Shown here piece after piece: positions 19,571 to 28,636 of a DNA stretch of 64,000 bases. A model generated the notes under the pieces. The model saw nothing but the letters and a program-made list of their open reading frames with translations, made no database searches and was not told the origin of the DNA. Numbering within the stretch: the first letter of the stretch is position 1; every line of letters begins with the position of its first letter. The stretch is from an uncultured Chloroflexia bacterium. GTDB taxonomy: Bacteria > Chloroflexota > Dehalococcoidia > DSTF01 > JALHUB01. The DNA lies in contig OY969814.1 in the NCBI GenBank assembly GCA_963703345.1, forward strand, positions 352,001-416,000. The letters run 5' to 3'. The translations under genes and the position numbers were made by a program.

Positions 19571-19672
19571 GGCGCGACGAGCGGCTTCTACGTCCTTCAG
19601 TCGCTGACGCCGCAGACCCTCGCTTCTTCACGTCCAGCGACGAGATCCTGTCGATCACAGTTGTCGAAGGGG
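19571..19672 (+). pseudogene. Frameshifted remnant of a second cyclophilin C-terminus
   Basis: GATSGFYVLQSLTP, then after a one-base shift DPRFFTSSDEILSITVVEG, aligning to the upstream gene end QVTSGLDVLDKITPRDPATATTPGDKIVSITVQE. Confidence 0.65.
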
Positions 19673-19705
19673 CGTCAGCTACCGCTTTGGCGTTAGAATG
19701 GATTC

Positions 19706-22700
19706 ATGCCTCAGCAGGAGCTCGACCTGTCGGAGTACGACAGCCGTCTCGCCGCCCTGGCGCCGGGGCTCTCCGGCGACCTGCGCGAAGCCGCGCCCGC
19801 GGTAGCCGCGCGCCTCGGCAGCGAAGGCTTCCAGCGCTGGGCCGAGGAGGGCGTCGCACTTGCCGGCCAGTCGCTGCGCTCCTGGGAAGCGGCATCGGAG
19901 TACTTCCGCGCCAGCCCGCAGGTCGTGCGACTCCTCCCCCTCGACTGCGTCCTCCGCTGGGGCCACTTCGGCCGCGACATCGCCGATCAGTCTTCAATCG
20001 TTGCTGCCGCCTACTTTCGCGCCGGCCCGGAGTGCGTCGGCCTGCTCTCGTCGGAGGAGCTGAAGCAGTGGGCCGCCGCCGGCCAGCGACTCTACCAGGG
20101 CAACTGGAAGTCCATCTCCCTAGCCTCGCTCTTCTTCTCCGTCAGCCCGTCGCTTCTGCCACTTATCGGCGTCGCGGACCTCTGCCGCCTGGAGCTGCTC
20201 GCCGAGCGACTCGCCGAGCGCTCGTACGAGCTCGCCGGCAACTGCCTGGAGACCGGCCCCGCCGTCTTTGCCCGCCTCGAGGCCGACGTGCGCGGCCCCT
20301 TCCTCGATCTAGCCGAAGGCATCGCCGCCGCGAGTTGGGCCGAAGTCCGCTTCTACCTGGAGCAGGGCCCAGAGCTCCTCGCGCCCCTAGAGGCGTCGCA
20401 GCGAGAGCGCTTCCTGCGACTCTCCGGCCGCGTCGCCCGTCGCGTCGGCTCCCGCGCCTACTCCCTCTTCGCCGAAGCCGCTGCCGCGCTCGCCCAGGTC
20501 GACGCCGCGAGCCACCGCGACCTCATCTCGCTCGCCGAAGAGCTTGCCGTTGGCTCTCCCGCCGCGGCGATGGAGTTCCTGAAGAGCTCCCCGGAGGTTC
20601 TTTCTCGGATGTCCCTGCGCGACCTCGCCCGCTGGCATGCCGCCGGCCACCGCATCCTCAAGGAAAGCTCAGAGGGCGGCGAGGCCTTCTTCCGGCTGCA
20701 ATCGGGTAAGGGTGAACAGGTGCTGGAGCAACTTTCGCCTCGCGTCGAGCTTTCACGCGTCGCCGAGATCTTGCGCCTCTACTGCAAGGCGCTCACCGGC
20801 ACGAACGTCTCCATCCACCCGTCGAGCACGCTTACGGAGAAGGGCATCGGCTGGATCACCGCCGGACGCGCATCGACGGAAGGGACGGCGGTGTACCTGC
20901 CTGAAGTGGCGGAGGAGTTCGAGGACAAGCTGCGCAACTTCGCCGTCTACAAGGTCTACGCCACGCATCAGTCGGGCCACCTCGAGTTCGGCAGCTTCCT
21001 CTTCGCTTTCAAGCGCCGCGGTCGCGTCTTCACCTCGCGACGACGTCGCCTCAAGAGCCGGGCCGCCAAGACTGAAGCGCCGCTGACCGACATGGAGCGC
21101 TTCTTCGACCTCTTTGCCGATCGCCAGCTCATCTCCGACCTGTTCACCATATCTGAGGACGCGCGTGTCGACTTCCTGGTGAAGCGCGAGTACGGCGGCA
21201 TCCGACGCTCCTGGCGCCTCATTCAGGGGCGGGAGCTGGAGCGGCGCCCGCGCCTTCCCGGCCTACCTCTGCGTGAGGCCTTCCTGGAGAACCTCATTCG
21301 CGCCAGCCTCGACGGCCTCCACACCATCGTCTGGCCGCAGGAGGTCCGCGACACGCTAATCGATGCGCTCCGCCTGCTGCGCGCCGTCCAGCAGCCGCAG
21401 GCGACGGTCGAGGACGCCGCCGAAGCCGCCCTTCGCCTCTACGACCTCGCGACGCCTCTTCCAAACCTGTCGCCCGAAGACCTCGAAGCGCTGGACTGGC
21501 AGCCGCTCGACGAAGAGCTGTTCGCGATGATGCACCTCAAGCCGCAGAGCGGAGCCGCGTCGCAGGCGGGCAGCGAGTTGCCGCGCGGCTCGGAGCACGC
21601 TTACGAGAGCCCGCAGCCCGTCGACTTCCGCGGCGACTTCAAGCCGGAGCTCGTGCAGCTCCTGATGCGACTGCGACTGCAGGAGGGCGTGGAGGCGCCG
21701 GAAGGCCTGGCGCCGCTGACCGCCGAGCAGTTGCGCGAGCTCATGGAGAAGAGCGTGGAGATCACGATCGGCGCCATGTCCGAAGGCGACCTCTCCGCCG
21801 CCGTCGGCCTGTTCCTCACGAACCTGGAGAAGGAGGCGGGCGTTCCCATCCCCGACGAAACGGTCGAGCTGAAGGATGGGCAGCGCGTCACCGAGGTCGA
21901 GCACGACCAGAAGGACATCGCCGCGGAGACGCAGGCGTTCTGGTACGACGAGTGGGACTTCCGCGCCGCCGACTACAAGCCGCGCTGGTGTCGCGTCGTG
22001 CAGCGCCCGCTGGAGCAGGGCGACCAGGCTTTCTTCGAAGAGACGCTGCGTCGCTACAGCACGCTCGCCTCGCAGACCCGCAAGCAGTTCGAGCAGCTCC
22101 GGCCGGAGCTATTCCGCAAGATCAAGCGCCTCCACGACGGCGAGGACTTCGACCTCGACCTGGTCATTGAATACTTGACGGAGAAGCGCGCCGGCCACAA
22201 CTTCACCGACAAGGTCTACTGGCGCCGCAACAAGGTGGAGCGGCAGGTGGCCGTCGCCTTCCTCCTCGACATGAGCGCTTCGACGGACGAGGAGATCGAG
22301 AAGCGAAAGCAGAAGTACGCGGAAGACGACGAAAGGCCTGACTTCGGCCACGACGCCCGCCGCTACTACGAGTGGCTCAGCCAGCGCAAGGCGGAAGCGG
22401 CGCTAAGACCGCCCAAGCGCATCATCGACCTGGAGAAGGAGAGCATGGTGCTGCTCATCGGCGCCCTGGAAGCCATCGGCGACGACTACGGCATCTACGG
22501 CTTCTCCGGCTACGGGCGTGACAACGTGGAGTTCTACGTGCTCAAGGACCTGGACGAGCCGCTATCCGACGAGGTGAAGGCGCGCATCGACAAGACGGAG
22601 CCGATCCGCTCGACGCGGATGGGGCCGGCGATCCGTCACGCCACGGCCAAGCTGGAAGCGCACGACGCCAAGGTGCGCATCCTCTTCCTCGTGTCCGACG

Positions 22701-22942
22701 GCCGGCCGCAGGACCACGGTTACGGTCGCGACCGCACGGAGCGCGAGTACGCCATCAACGACACGCACGAGGCGTTAATGGAGGCGAAGCGGAAGGGAAT
22801 AGTGCCGTTCTGCCTGACGGTCGACCGCGAGGGTCACGAGTACCTGGGGCAGATGTGCGAAGACATCGGCTACGAGATACTGGGCGACATTGAGTCGCTG
22901 CCCAGTCGCCTGCCGACGCTTTACCGCCGCCTCACGGAGTAG
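19706..22942 (+). CDS. Large CbbO/NorD-like VWA-domain adaptor (1078 aa) with N-terminal helical repeats
   Basis: WYDEWDFRAADYKPRWCRV, GEDFDLD, MIDAS LLDMSAS, STRMGPAIRHA, LVSDGRP, PFCLTVD. TAGAAT lies 6 nt upstream of the ATG. Confidence 0.9.
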   Translation: MPQQELDLSEYDSRLAALAPGLSGDLREAAPAVAARLGSEGFQRWAEEGVALAGQSLRSWEAASEYFRASPQVVRLLPLDCVLRWGHFGRDIADQSSIVAAAYFRAGPECVGLLSSEELKQWAAAGQRLYQGNWKSISLASLFFSVSPSLLPLIGVADLCRLELLAERLAERSYELAGNCLETGPAVFARLEADVRGPFLDLAEGIAAASWAEVRFYLEQGPELLAPLEASQRERFLRLSGRVARRVGSRAYSLFAEAAAALAQVDAASHRDLISLAEELAVGSPAAAMEFLKSSPEVLSRMSLRDLARWHAAGHRILKESSEGGEAFFRLQSGKGEQVLEQLSPRVELSRVAEILRLYCKALTGTNVSIHPSSTLTEKGIGWITAGRASTEGTAVYLPEVAEEFEDKLRNFAVYKVYATHQSGHLEFGSFLFAFKRRGRVFTSRRRRLKSRAAKTEAPLTDMERFFDLFADRQLISDLFTISEDARVDFLVKREYGGIRRSWRLIQGRELERRPRLPGLPLREAFLENLIRASLDGLHTIVWPQEVRDTLIDALRLLRAVQQPQATVEDAAEAALRLYDLATPLPNLSPEDLEALDWQPLDEELFAMMHLKPQSGAASQAGSELPRGSEHAYESPQPVDFRGDFKPELVQLLMRLRLQEGVEAPEGLAPLTAEQLRELMEKSVEITIGAMSEGDLSAAVGLFLTNLEKEAGVPIPDETVELKDGQRVTEVEHDQKDIAAETQAFWYDEWDFRAADYKPRWCRVVQRPLEQGDQAFFEETLRRYSTLASQTRKQFEQLRPELFRKIKRLHDGEDFDLDLVIEYLTEKRAGHNFTDKVYWRRNKVERQVAVAFLLDMSASTDEEIEKRKQKYAEDDERPDFGHDARRYYEWLSQRKAEAALRPPKRIIDLEKESMVLLIGALEAIGDDYGIYGFSGYGRDNVEFYVLKDLDEPLSDEVKARIDKTEPIRSTRMGPAIRHATAKLEAHDAKVRILFLVSDGRPQDHGYGRDRTEREYAINDTHEALMEAKRKGIVPFCLTVDREGHEYLGQMCEDIGYEILGDIESLPSRLPTLYRRLTE

Positions 22943-23940
22943 CGCCTCGCGTACCAGCCGCCGCCCCCGACAACAACAACCGCCGCCGCCGCGACTGCCG
23001 CGAACCCCTCGTGCGACGCTGACGAGCCGCCCGATTCGAGCGGCGACGCGGCTGCCTCCGGGGCTTCCGCAATGCCGCCCACCGCGAACTGAGGCGCCAC
23101 CTGGCGATAGAGGAGGCCGCTCATCCAGACGATGATCTGCTCCGTATAGCCGCTCCAGACATCGTGGCCCGCTCCATCCAGCGGATGGAACTCGACGGGC
23201 ACTCCCACTTCCTGTGCCCTCGCCACGATATCCAGCGCGTTGCTATAGGCTACGCGCTCGTCCGCGGTGCCGTGCACGACCAGTGCCGGCGGCTCGCCCG
23301 CATCGATCAGGGTTGTGTCCATGCCGCCCGAAATGTTGACGACGGCGGAGACGTTTGAGGGATACCCGGGGTTGCCGCTTTCACCGGGGTCACCCGAGTT
23401 GTAAGCGACCTGCAACGCCGTAATCGCGCCGGCAGAATAGCCGCCAACTGCGATGTCCTCGGCATCGATACGGTACGCCCCGGCGTTCGCCCGCAGCCAG
23501 CGGATGGCGGCCTGTGCGTCGTGCTGCGCGTCCAGCACCGCCGCCGTCAACTCAGGGTCGCCCTGCACGAAGTAGTGGCCCGGCCGCAGGCGATAGTTGA
23601 TGGACGCAGTGACGTAGCCGCGCTTGGCGAAACGGGTGGCAACCATCGCGTCCAGGGAGTCCGCCTTGTCGCCGCCCGAGAAGCCCCCGCCGTGGACCCA
23701 GACGAAGGCGGGTCGCGACGACGCCGTGTCGCCGGACGGCTGGTAGACGTCGAGGGTCAGCGTCACGGGATTGCCGTTCTCGTCAGGCGCCTGTCCGTAG
23801 GCGATGTTCGACGCGGTCGTGACTGTGGAGAAGATCTCGTCGCGATAACGCACGCCATCGGCGACGGCGACCGCCTGCGTCGCGAACGCGACGAGGAGGA
23901 TGACGAGGGACAGGACGAGGGTCTTGGCGCGAAACGTCAT
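22921..23940 (-). CDS. Secreted alpha/beta hydrolase (esterase/lipase) with C-terminal membrane anchor
   Basis: Signal peptide; HGGGF oxyanion motif, GYSAG nucleophile elbow, HGTAD, GAGH; C-terminal VGGIAEAP-linker-TM-WYARR. Confidence 0.88.
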   Translation of the reverse strand: MTFRAKTLVLSLVILLVAFATQAVAVADGVRYRDEIFSTVTTASNIAYGQAPDENGNPVTLTLDVYQPSGDTASSRPAFVWVHGGGFSGGDKADSLDAMVATRFAKRGYVTASINYRLRPGHYFVQGDPELTAAVLDAQHDAQAAIRWLRANAGAYRIDAEDIAVGGYSAGAITALQVAYNSGDPGESGNPGYPSNVSAVVNISGGMDTTLIDAGEPPALVVHGTADERVAYSNALDIVARAQEVGVPVEFHPLDGAGHDVWSGYTEQIIVWMSGLLYRQVAPQFAVGGIAEAPEAAASPLESGGSSASHEGFAAVAAAAVVVVGGGGWYARRYSVRRR

Positions 23941-23982
23941 GGCGTCTCCAGAGGGCGGGACGCCTCTATTGTAATGCCGCCG

Positions 23983-25221
23983 TCAACCGCCCACCCTCAG
24001 CAGGACGCGGCGGAGGAGGGAGAGGGCCGTCGTGACGGCGCGGCGCTTCACCATCTGCCGGCTCTGCGCGAACTGATAGCTCACCACCCGCGCCTCGCTT
24101 GACCCATCGTCCAGCGCGATGTGGACGGTCCCTACCGGCTTGCCTTCCTGCTCGTCCGGCCCGGCCACGCCCGTGACCCCGATTCCCACGTCCGCGGACA
24201 GCCGTTCTCTGGCCACGCGCGCCATCTCGCGAGCGCACTCCGCGCTGATGACGCCGTGCTTCTCGAAGACCTCGCGGCTGACGCCCCAGGCCAGCTTTAT
24301 CTCGGTCGCGTACGGCACCAGGCCGCCCTTGAAGTAGTCGGAGCTGCCCGGCACGTCCGTTATCGTGCTCGCCAGCAGCCCGCCGGTGCACGACTCCATC
24401 GTCGCCAGCGTGAGGCGGCGCTCCCGCAGCAGCCGGCCGACGACGGCCTCCAGCGTGTCGTCATCGGCGCCCCAGACGGCGTCGCCGAGCAGACGGCGCG
24501 CCTCCGCCTCCACCGGCGCGATGAGCGCCTCCGCCGCCTGCCGGTCCGACGCCTTGGCGGCAATGCGCACCTGGATGCCGTCGGCCCGCGAGTAGACGCT
24601 GACGGTGGGGTTCGCAGTGTGCTTCAGCTCGCCCAGCAGCTCGTCGACCAGCCCCTCGGTCAGGTCCGACGTCTTCAGCGTTCGCGAAACGAGCGCGATG
24701 CCGCCGCCACGACGCCGCAGCTCCGGCTCGACTTCCGTCTCCCACATGCGGCGCATCTCGCCGGGCGGACCGGGCAGCGCGATGAGAACGCGCCCTTCGC
24801 GCTCGACCCACCAGCCGGGCGCCGTGCCGTAGGCGTTCCGGATCGCCCTCGCCGACGGGATGAGCGTCGCCTGCTTGACGTTGCGTTCGGGCATCGGCCG
24901 GCCGCGGCGGGCGAAGAAGGCGCGCAGCTCCGCCTCCAGCGCCGGCTCGACGCGCACCTCCTCACCCAGCATGGCGGCGATAGCCTCGCGGGTGAGGTCG
25001 TCCTCGGTCGGGCCGAGGCCGCCGGTGGTGACGATGAGGTCGCTGCGCTGCCAGGCGCGCTCCAGCGCCTCGCGGGCGCGGTCGAGATTGTCGCCGACCT
25101 GCGTCACCCAGAAGAGGTCGATTCCCAGCGCCGGCAGACGCGAAGCGATGAACTGCGAGTCGGTGTCGACGATCTCACCCAGGAGGATTTCCGTGCCGAC
25201 GGCGATTATCTCCGCCTTCAT
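23983..25221 (-). CDS. cinA: Competence/damage-inducible protein CinA (MoCF-like + NMN deamidase)
   Basis: EIIAVGTEILLG, GGLGPTEDDLT, ALPGPPGEM, ESCTGG, TGVAGP. Confidence 0.95.
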   Translation of the reverse strand: MKAEIIAVGTEILLGEIVDTDSQFIASRLPALGIDLFWVTQVGDNLDRAREALERAWQRSDLIVTTGGLGPTEDDLTREAIAAMLGEEVRVEPALEAELRAFFARRGRPMPERNVKQATLIPSARAIRNAYGTAPGWWVEREGRVLIALPGPPGEMRRMWETEVEPELRRRGGGIALVSRTLKTSDLTEGLVDELLGELKHTANPTVSVYSRADGIQVRIAAKASDRQAAEALIAPVEAEARRLLGDAVWGADDDTLEAVVGRLLRERRLTLATMESCTGGLLASTITDVPGSSDYFKGGLVPYATEIKLAWGVSREVFEKHGVISAECAREMARVARERLSADVGIGVTGVAGPDEQEGKPVGTVHIALDDGSSEARVVSYQFAQSRQMVKRRAVTTALSLLRRVLLRVGG

Positions 25222-25988
25222 GTCTTTCTTTTGGTCCCGGCGACGAGCGACAGCCAGCCCGACGCATCGCGACGCAGCCGCGGGACGACGTCGTAGCGAT
25301 CGACCTGCGCGCAGAACTCGAGGTCGCGCTCCAGACCGATCCCGACGAGCGAGCGACCGTGCTCCGCCTCCCGAAAGCAGGCGAGGGCGTCGCCCCGGTA
25401 CGACTGGTAGAGGCGGCAGGCTGCCAGCGCCGCGTCGCTAAGAGTGGGGGATGCGCCGTCGCGTCGCGCCTCCTCGACGGCGACCTCGACGAGCGCGCCG
25501 GCGACGAAGGCGTCCTCCAGGCTGAAGGCGATGCCGCGCTCAAGGCCCGCGCACACCAGCGCGGCATCGAGCTCCCGCGACCGAGTTTCGGCGAGAAGCG
25601 TCTCGACGGCGGCGGTAGCGTTGAGCAGCGCTCCGACCAGGACAACCGGCGACGCGGCGAGCGCATGTAGCGCCCTCGTACCGTTGGTCGTCGCAAGGAC
25701 GACGCGACGTCCGCGCATGTCCAGATCCGCGAACTCGCTGGGAGAGTTGCCGTAGTCGAAGCCGCGCGGCGCTAGGCCGAAGCGTTCGCCGCAGAGGAGA
25801 TAGCGACCGGGCTCGCTCGCCGCCACACGTCTCGCCGCCGCGATGCTGCCGGCGACCACCTCCTCCTCGGCGCCCTGGGCGAACAGCGTCACAATCGACG
25901 AGCTTGCGCGCAGGGCGTCGATGAGCAGGCAGGCGCTCGATTCCGGCTTGCGCAGCGCGCCCGGCAGGAGGGCGACATCCAGTCTCAC
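25218..25988 (-). CDS. comB: 2-phosphosulfolactate phosphatase family protein
   Basis: IDALRASSSI, LCGERFG...GNSP, TTNGT, CAG, EDAFVAG. Confidence 0.88.
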   Translation of the reverse strand: MRLDVALLPGALRKPESSACLLIDALRASSSIVTLFAQGAEEEVVAGSIAAARRVAASEPGRYLLCGERFGLAPRGFDYGNSPSEFADLDMRGRRVVLATTNGTRALHALAASPVVLVGALLNATAAVETLLAETRSRELDAALVCAGLERGIAFSLEDAFVAGALVEVAVEEARRDGASPTLSDAALAACRLYQSYRGDALACFREAEHGRSLVGIGLERDLEFCAQVDRYDVVPRLRRDASGWLSLVAGTKRKT

Positions 25989-26200
25989 CCCTCACGTTTA
26001 CGGCAGGCGCCGTGGCGCTGTCAAGCCGTCAAATGCGTTGATGCGACGCAGGTGCGCCGTTCTCGGGCCGCTCGGCAACCCCGACGGGCAGGCCGAGCGG
26101 CCTCCCCCGCGTGGCGGGGAACATCGTCTCGCCTTGACTTGGCCTATCGGCGGCGATACCATCGACTTGGCCCTGGTGGACTCTCTCGCCGAGGTGGACC

Positions 26201-27025
26201 TTGCGCTTTTCCCAGAAGCTTGAGCAGGCTGCCCGCAGGAACGGCAGCCTTCTTTGCGTCGGGCTCGACCCCGATCCCGCGTTCATGCCGATCGACCACG
26301 TCGCCGACTTCAATCGCGCCATCATCGACGCCACCGCCGCCTTCGTTTGCGCCTACAAGCCGAACCTTGCCTTCTATGAGGCGCTGGGCGAGACGGGCTA
26401 TGGCGTCCTGCGCGAGACCCTCGCGGCCATTCCGCGCGATATTCCCGTCATCGGCGACGGCAAGCGCGGCGACATCGGCAATACGGCGAAGGCCTATGCC
26501 CGCGCGCTCTTCGACGACCTCGGCTTGGACGCCGTCACCGTCAACCCGTATCTCGGCGGCGACGCCCTGGAGCCGTTTCTGGAGCGCGACGAGAAGGGCG
26601 TCTTCATCCTCTGTCGCACCTCGAATCCAGGGGCCCGTGATCTCCAGGACCTGCGCGTGGCGACGGATTCCGGGACGCAGCCGCTGTTCGAAGTCGTCGC
26701 TGAGAGCGCGCGGCGGTGGAACAGTCGCGGCAACGTCGGCCTGGTCGCCGGCGCGACCTTTCCTGACGAGTTGCGGCGCATCCGCTCGCTCTGTCCGGAG
26801 ATGACGTTGCTGGTGCCCGGCGTCGGCGCGCAGGGCGGCGACATCGCTGCTGTACTCGAGAACGGCCTGGACGCAAGCGGCGGCGGGCTCATCATCAACG
26901 TCTCGCGGCAGGTCCTTTACGCGTCCCGTGAAGGTTTCGCGCAGGCGGCGGCGGAAGCGGCACGACGGCTCCGCGACGAGATCGAGCGTGAGCGACAGCG
27001 AGTCTTGGGGCGAAAGGCGGGCTGA
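26201..27025 (+). CDS. pyrF: Orotidine-5'-phosphate decarboxylase
   Basis: LCVGLDP, YKPNLAFYE, DGKRGDIGNT, RTSNPG, PGVGAQGG. Confidence 0.96.
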   Translation: MRFSQKLEQAARRNGSLLCVGLDPDPAFMPIDHVADFNRAIIDATAAFVCAYKPNLAFYEALGETGYGVLRETLAAIPRDIPVIGDGKRGDIGNTAKAYARALFDDLGLDAVTVNPYLGGDALEPFLERDEKGVFILCRTSNPGARDLQDLRVATDSGTQPLFEVVAESARRWNSRGNVGLVAGATFPDELRRIRSLCPEMTLLVPGVGAQGGDIAAVLENGLDASGGGLIINVSRQVLYASREGFAQAAAEAARRLRDEIERERQRVLGRKAG

Positions 27026-27026
27026 G

Positions 27027-27272
27027 ATGCCTCTCGAGCTACGCATGGACGACGTGGTGCGGCTGCGCAAGGTGCACCCCTGCGGCAGCTACGAGTGGCG
27101 CGTCGTGCGGCTGGGCGCGGATATCGGCCTGCGCTGTTTGAAGTGCAATCGGCGCGTGCTGATCGAGCGGCGACAGCTCGAGAAGCGCCTCAAATCAATC
27201 GTGTCGCGCGGCGAGCCGATGGATCCGGCCATGGAACGATTGCTCTTCAGGGAGGAGGAAGAGGAGACTTAG
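27027..27272 (+). CDS. DUF951 domain protein
   Basis: DVVRLRKVHPCGSYEWRVVRLGADIGLRCLKCNRRV. Confidence 0.88.
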   Translation: MPLELRMDDVVRLRKVHPCGSYEWRVVRLGADIGLRCLKCNRRVLIERRQLEKRLKSIVSRGEPMDPAMERLLFREEEEET

Positions 27273-27289
27273 TTCTTCTCCTGCTCCAT

Positions 27290-28636
27290 ATGACGGAGGC
27301 CCGGCCCCCGCGTTTCGACTTGTGGACGCTCCTCGGCGGAAGGACCCTTCTTGATGAGCACCGCTTCCGACGCCTGTTGGAGCAGCACGTCCTGGGCCAG
27401 ATGGGGCAATATGCCATCAACTACGCGTTGCTCATCCTGGTCGTCGGGAACAGCGGCTCCAGCATTCGCGCCGGGCTGTTCATAATCGCCTACACCTTGC
27501 CCGCAGCGGGTTTGGGGCCGATATCGGGCGTCATCGTTGATCGGCTGTCGCGCGGCTTTGTCCTGTCGGCGACGAATGTGGCGCGGATGCTTCTCTGCAT
27601 AGGTCTGGTCGTCTCTATGAAGGGCGTCGGCGTGCTGTATCTGTTCGCCCTGGCGTTTTCGGCGCTGTCGCAATTCAATAGCCCGGCCATCTCCGCCGCG
27701 CTGCCTCACGTCGTTCGACAGGAAGAGCTAACGACCGCCAACTCCCTCATCAACCTCGGCGGACTGCTTGCGGAGGCGATAGGGATCGTTGGACTGGCCG
27801 CGTTGATGCTGAAGACCGTCGGCGCCGATCCGTTGTTCGTGGTGCTCGCCTGTCTGTTCGCCGCCGCGGCGTTCCTTGGCGCGACGATCCGCGGTCTGAC
27901 GGAACGGGCTACGGGAAAGCAGTTGCAGCGGGCCGTGCGGTCGGGCGTCCGGACGCAGTTCGCGCGGGCCTGGCAAACGCTCCGACTTGATGCGCCATCG
28001 TATCTGGCGCTGATCATCAATGTCGTGGGCGCGGCGACGTTGTTGGTGGGCGTGGCGGTGCTGCCGCGGTACGCGAAGGAGGAGCTTGGCGTCGCGCCCG
28101 ACAACATCGTTTTCATCTTTGCTCCCGGCGCCATCGGCATCTTTCTCGGGTTGCGGTTAGTGAATGCGTTTTCCCGCTTCATCGGCAAGACATGGGCGAT
28201 GGCCCTGGGGTTCGGGGTCTTCGTCCTGTCGCTTCTGGCGTTGGGCCTTGTCGCCAACGAGGCGGATGCCCTCCAGCATTGGAATCCGGTGGGCATCGCC
28301 CATCCCGGGCCTGTCAACGGCACCGGCGCGCGCATCGCCGTAACGATGATCGCCGCGATCCTCGCCGGATTTGGCAGCTCGCTCCTCAACGTTGCCAGTC
28401 GCGCTATCATAAACGAACGTATACCCTTGGAGATGCAGGGGCGCGTATTTGCGGCGCAGAACGTGCTGATCAACGTAGCGTCGGTGGCGCCGTTGCTGGT
28501 GGCAGGCGCCCTGGCCGAGCTCATTGGCGTGCGGCCGGTGTTGGTGGGCACCGCAATCGCCATTACCCTGCTGGTGGGTTGGGCAGTGATGCGAGCCCAC
28601 TCCGTCCCCGCCGCGACGGAGGCTTCCAATGCCTGA
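27290..28636 (+). CDS. MFS transporter (first of a tandem pair)
   Basis: About 12 TM segments; GVIVDRLSR motif A, MQGRVF. Confidence 0.85.
   Translation: MTEARPPRFDLWTLLGGRTLLDEHRFRRLLEQHVLGQMGQYAINYALLILVVGNSGSSIRAGLFIIAYTLPAAGLGPISGVIVDRLSRGFVLSATNVARMLLCIGLVVSMKGVGVLYLFALAFSALSQFNSPAISAALPHVVRQEELTTANSLINLGGLLAEAIGIVGLAALMLKTVGADPLFVVLACLFAAAAFLGATIRGLTERATGKQLQRAVRSGVRTQFARAWQTLRLDAPSYLALIINVVGAATLLVGVAVLPRYAKEELGVAPDNIVFIFAPGAIGIFLGLRLVNAFSRFIGKTWAMALGFGVFVLSLLALGLVANEADALQHWNPVGIAHPGPVNGTGARIAVTMIAAILAGFGSSLLNVASRAIINERIPLEMQGRVFAAQNVLINVASVAPLLVAGALAELIGVRPVLVGTAIAITLLVGWAVMRAHSVPAATEASNA

Noticed and set aside
17858-22942. Evidence for Calvin cycle or denitrification
   Set aside because: Only the chaperone pair is present; no catalytic genes are in the window.
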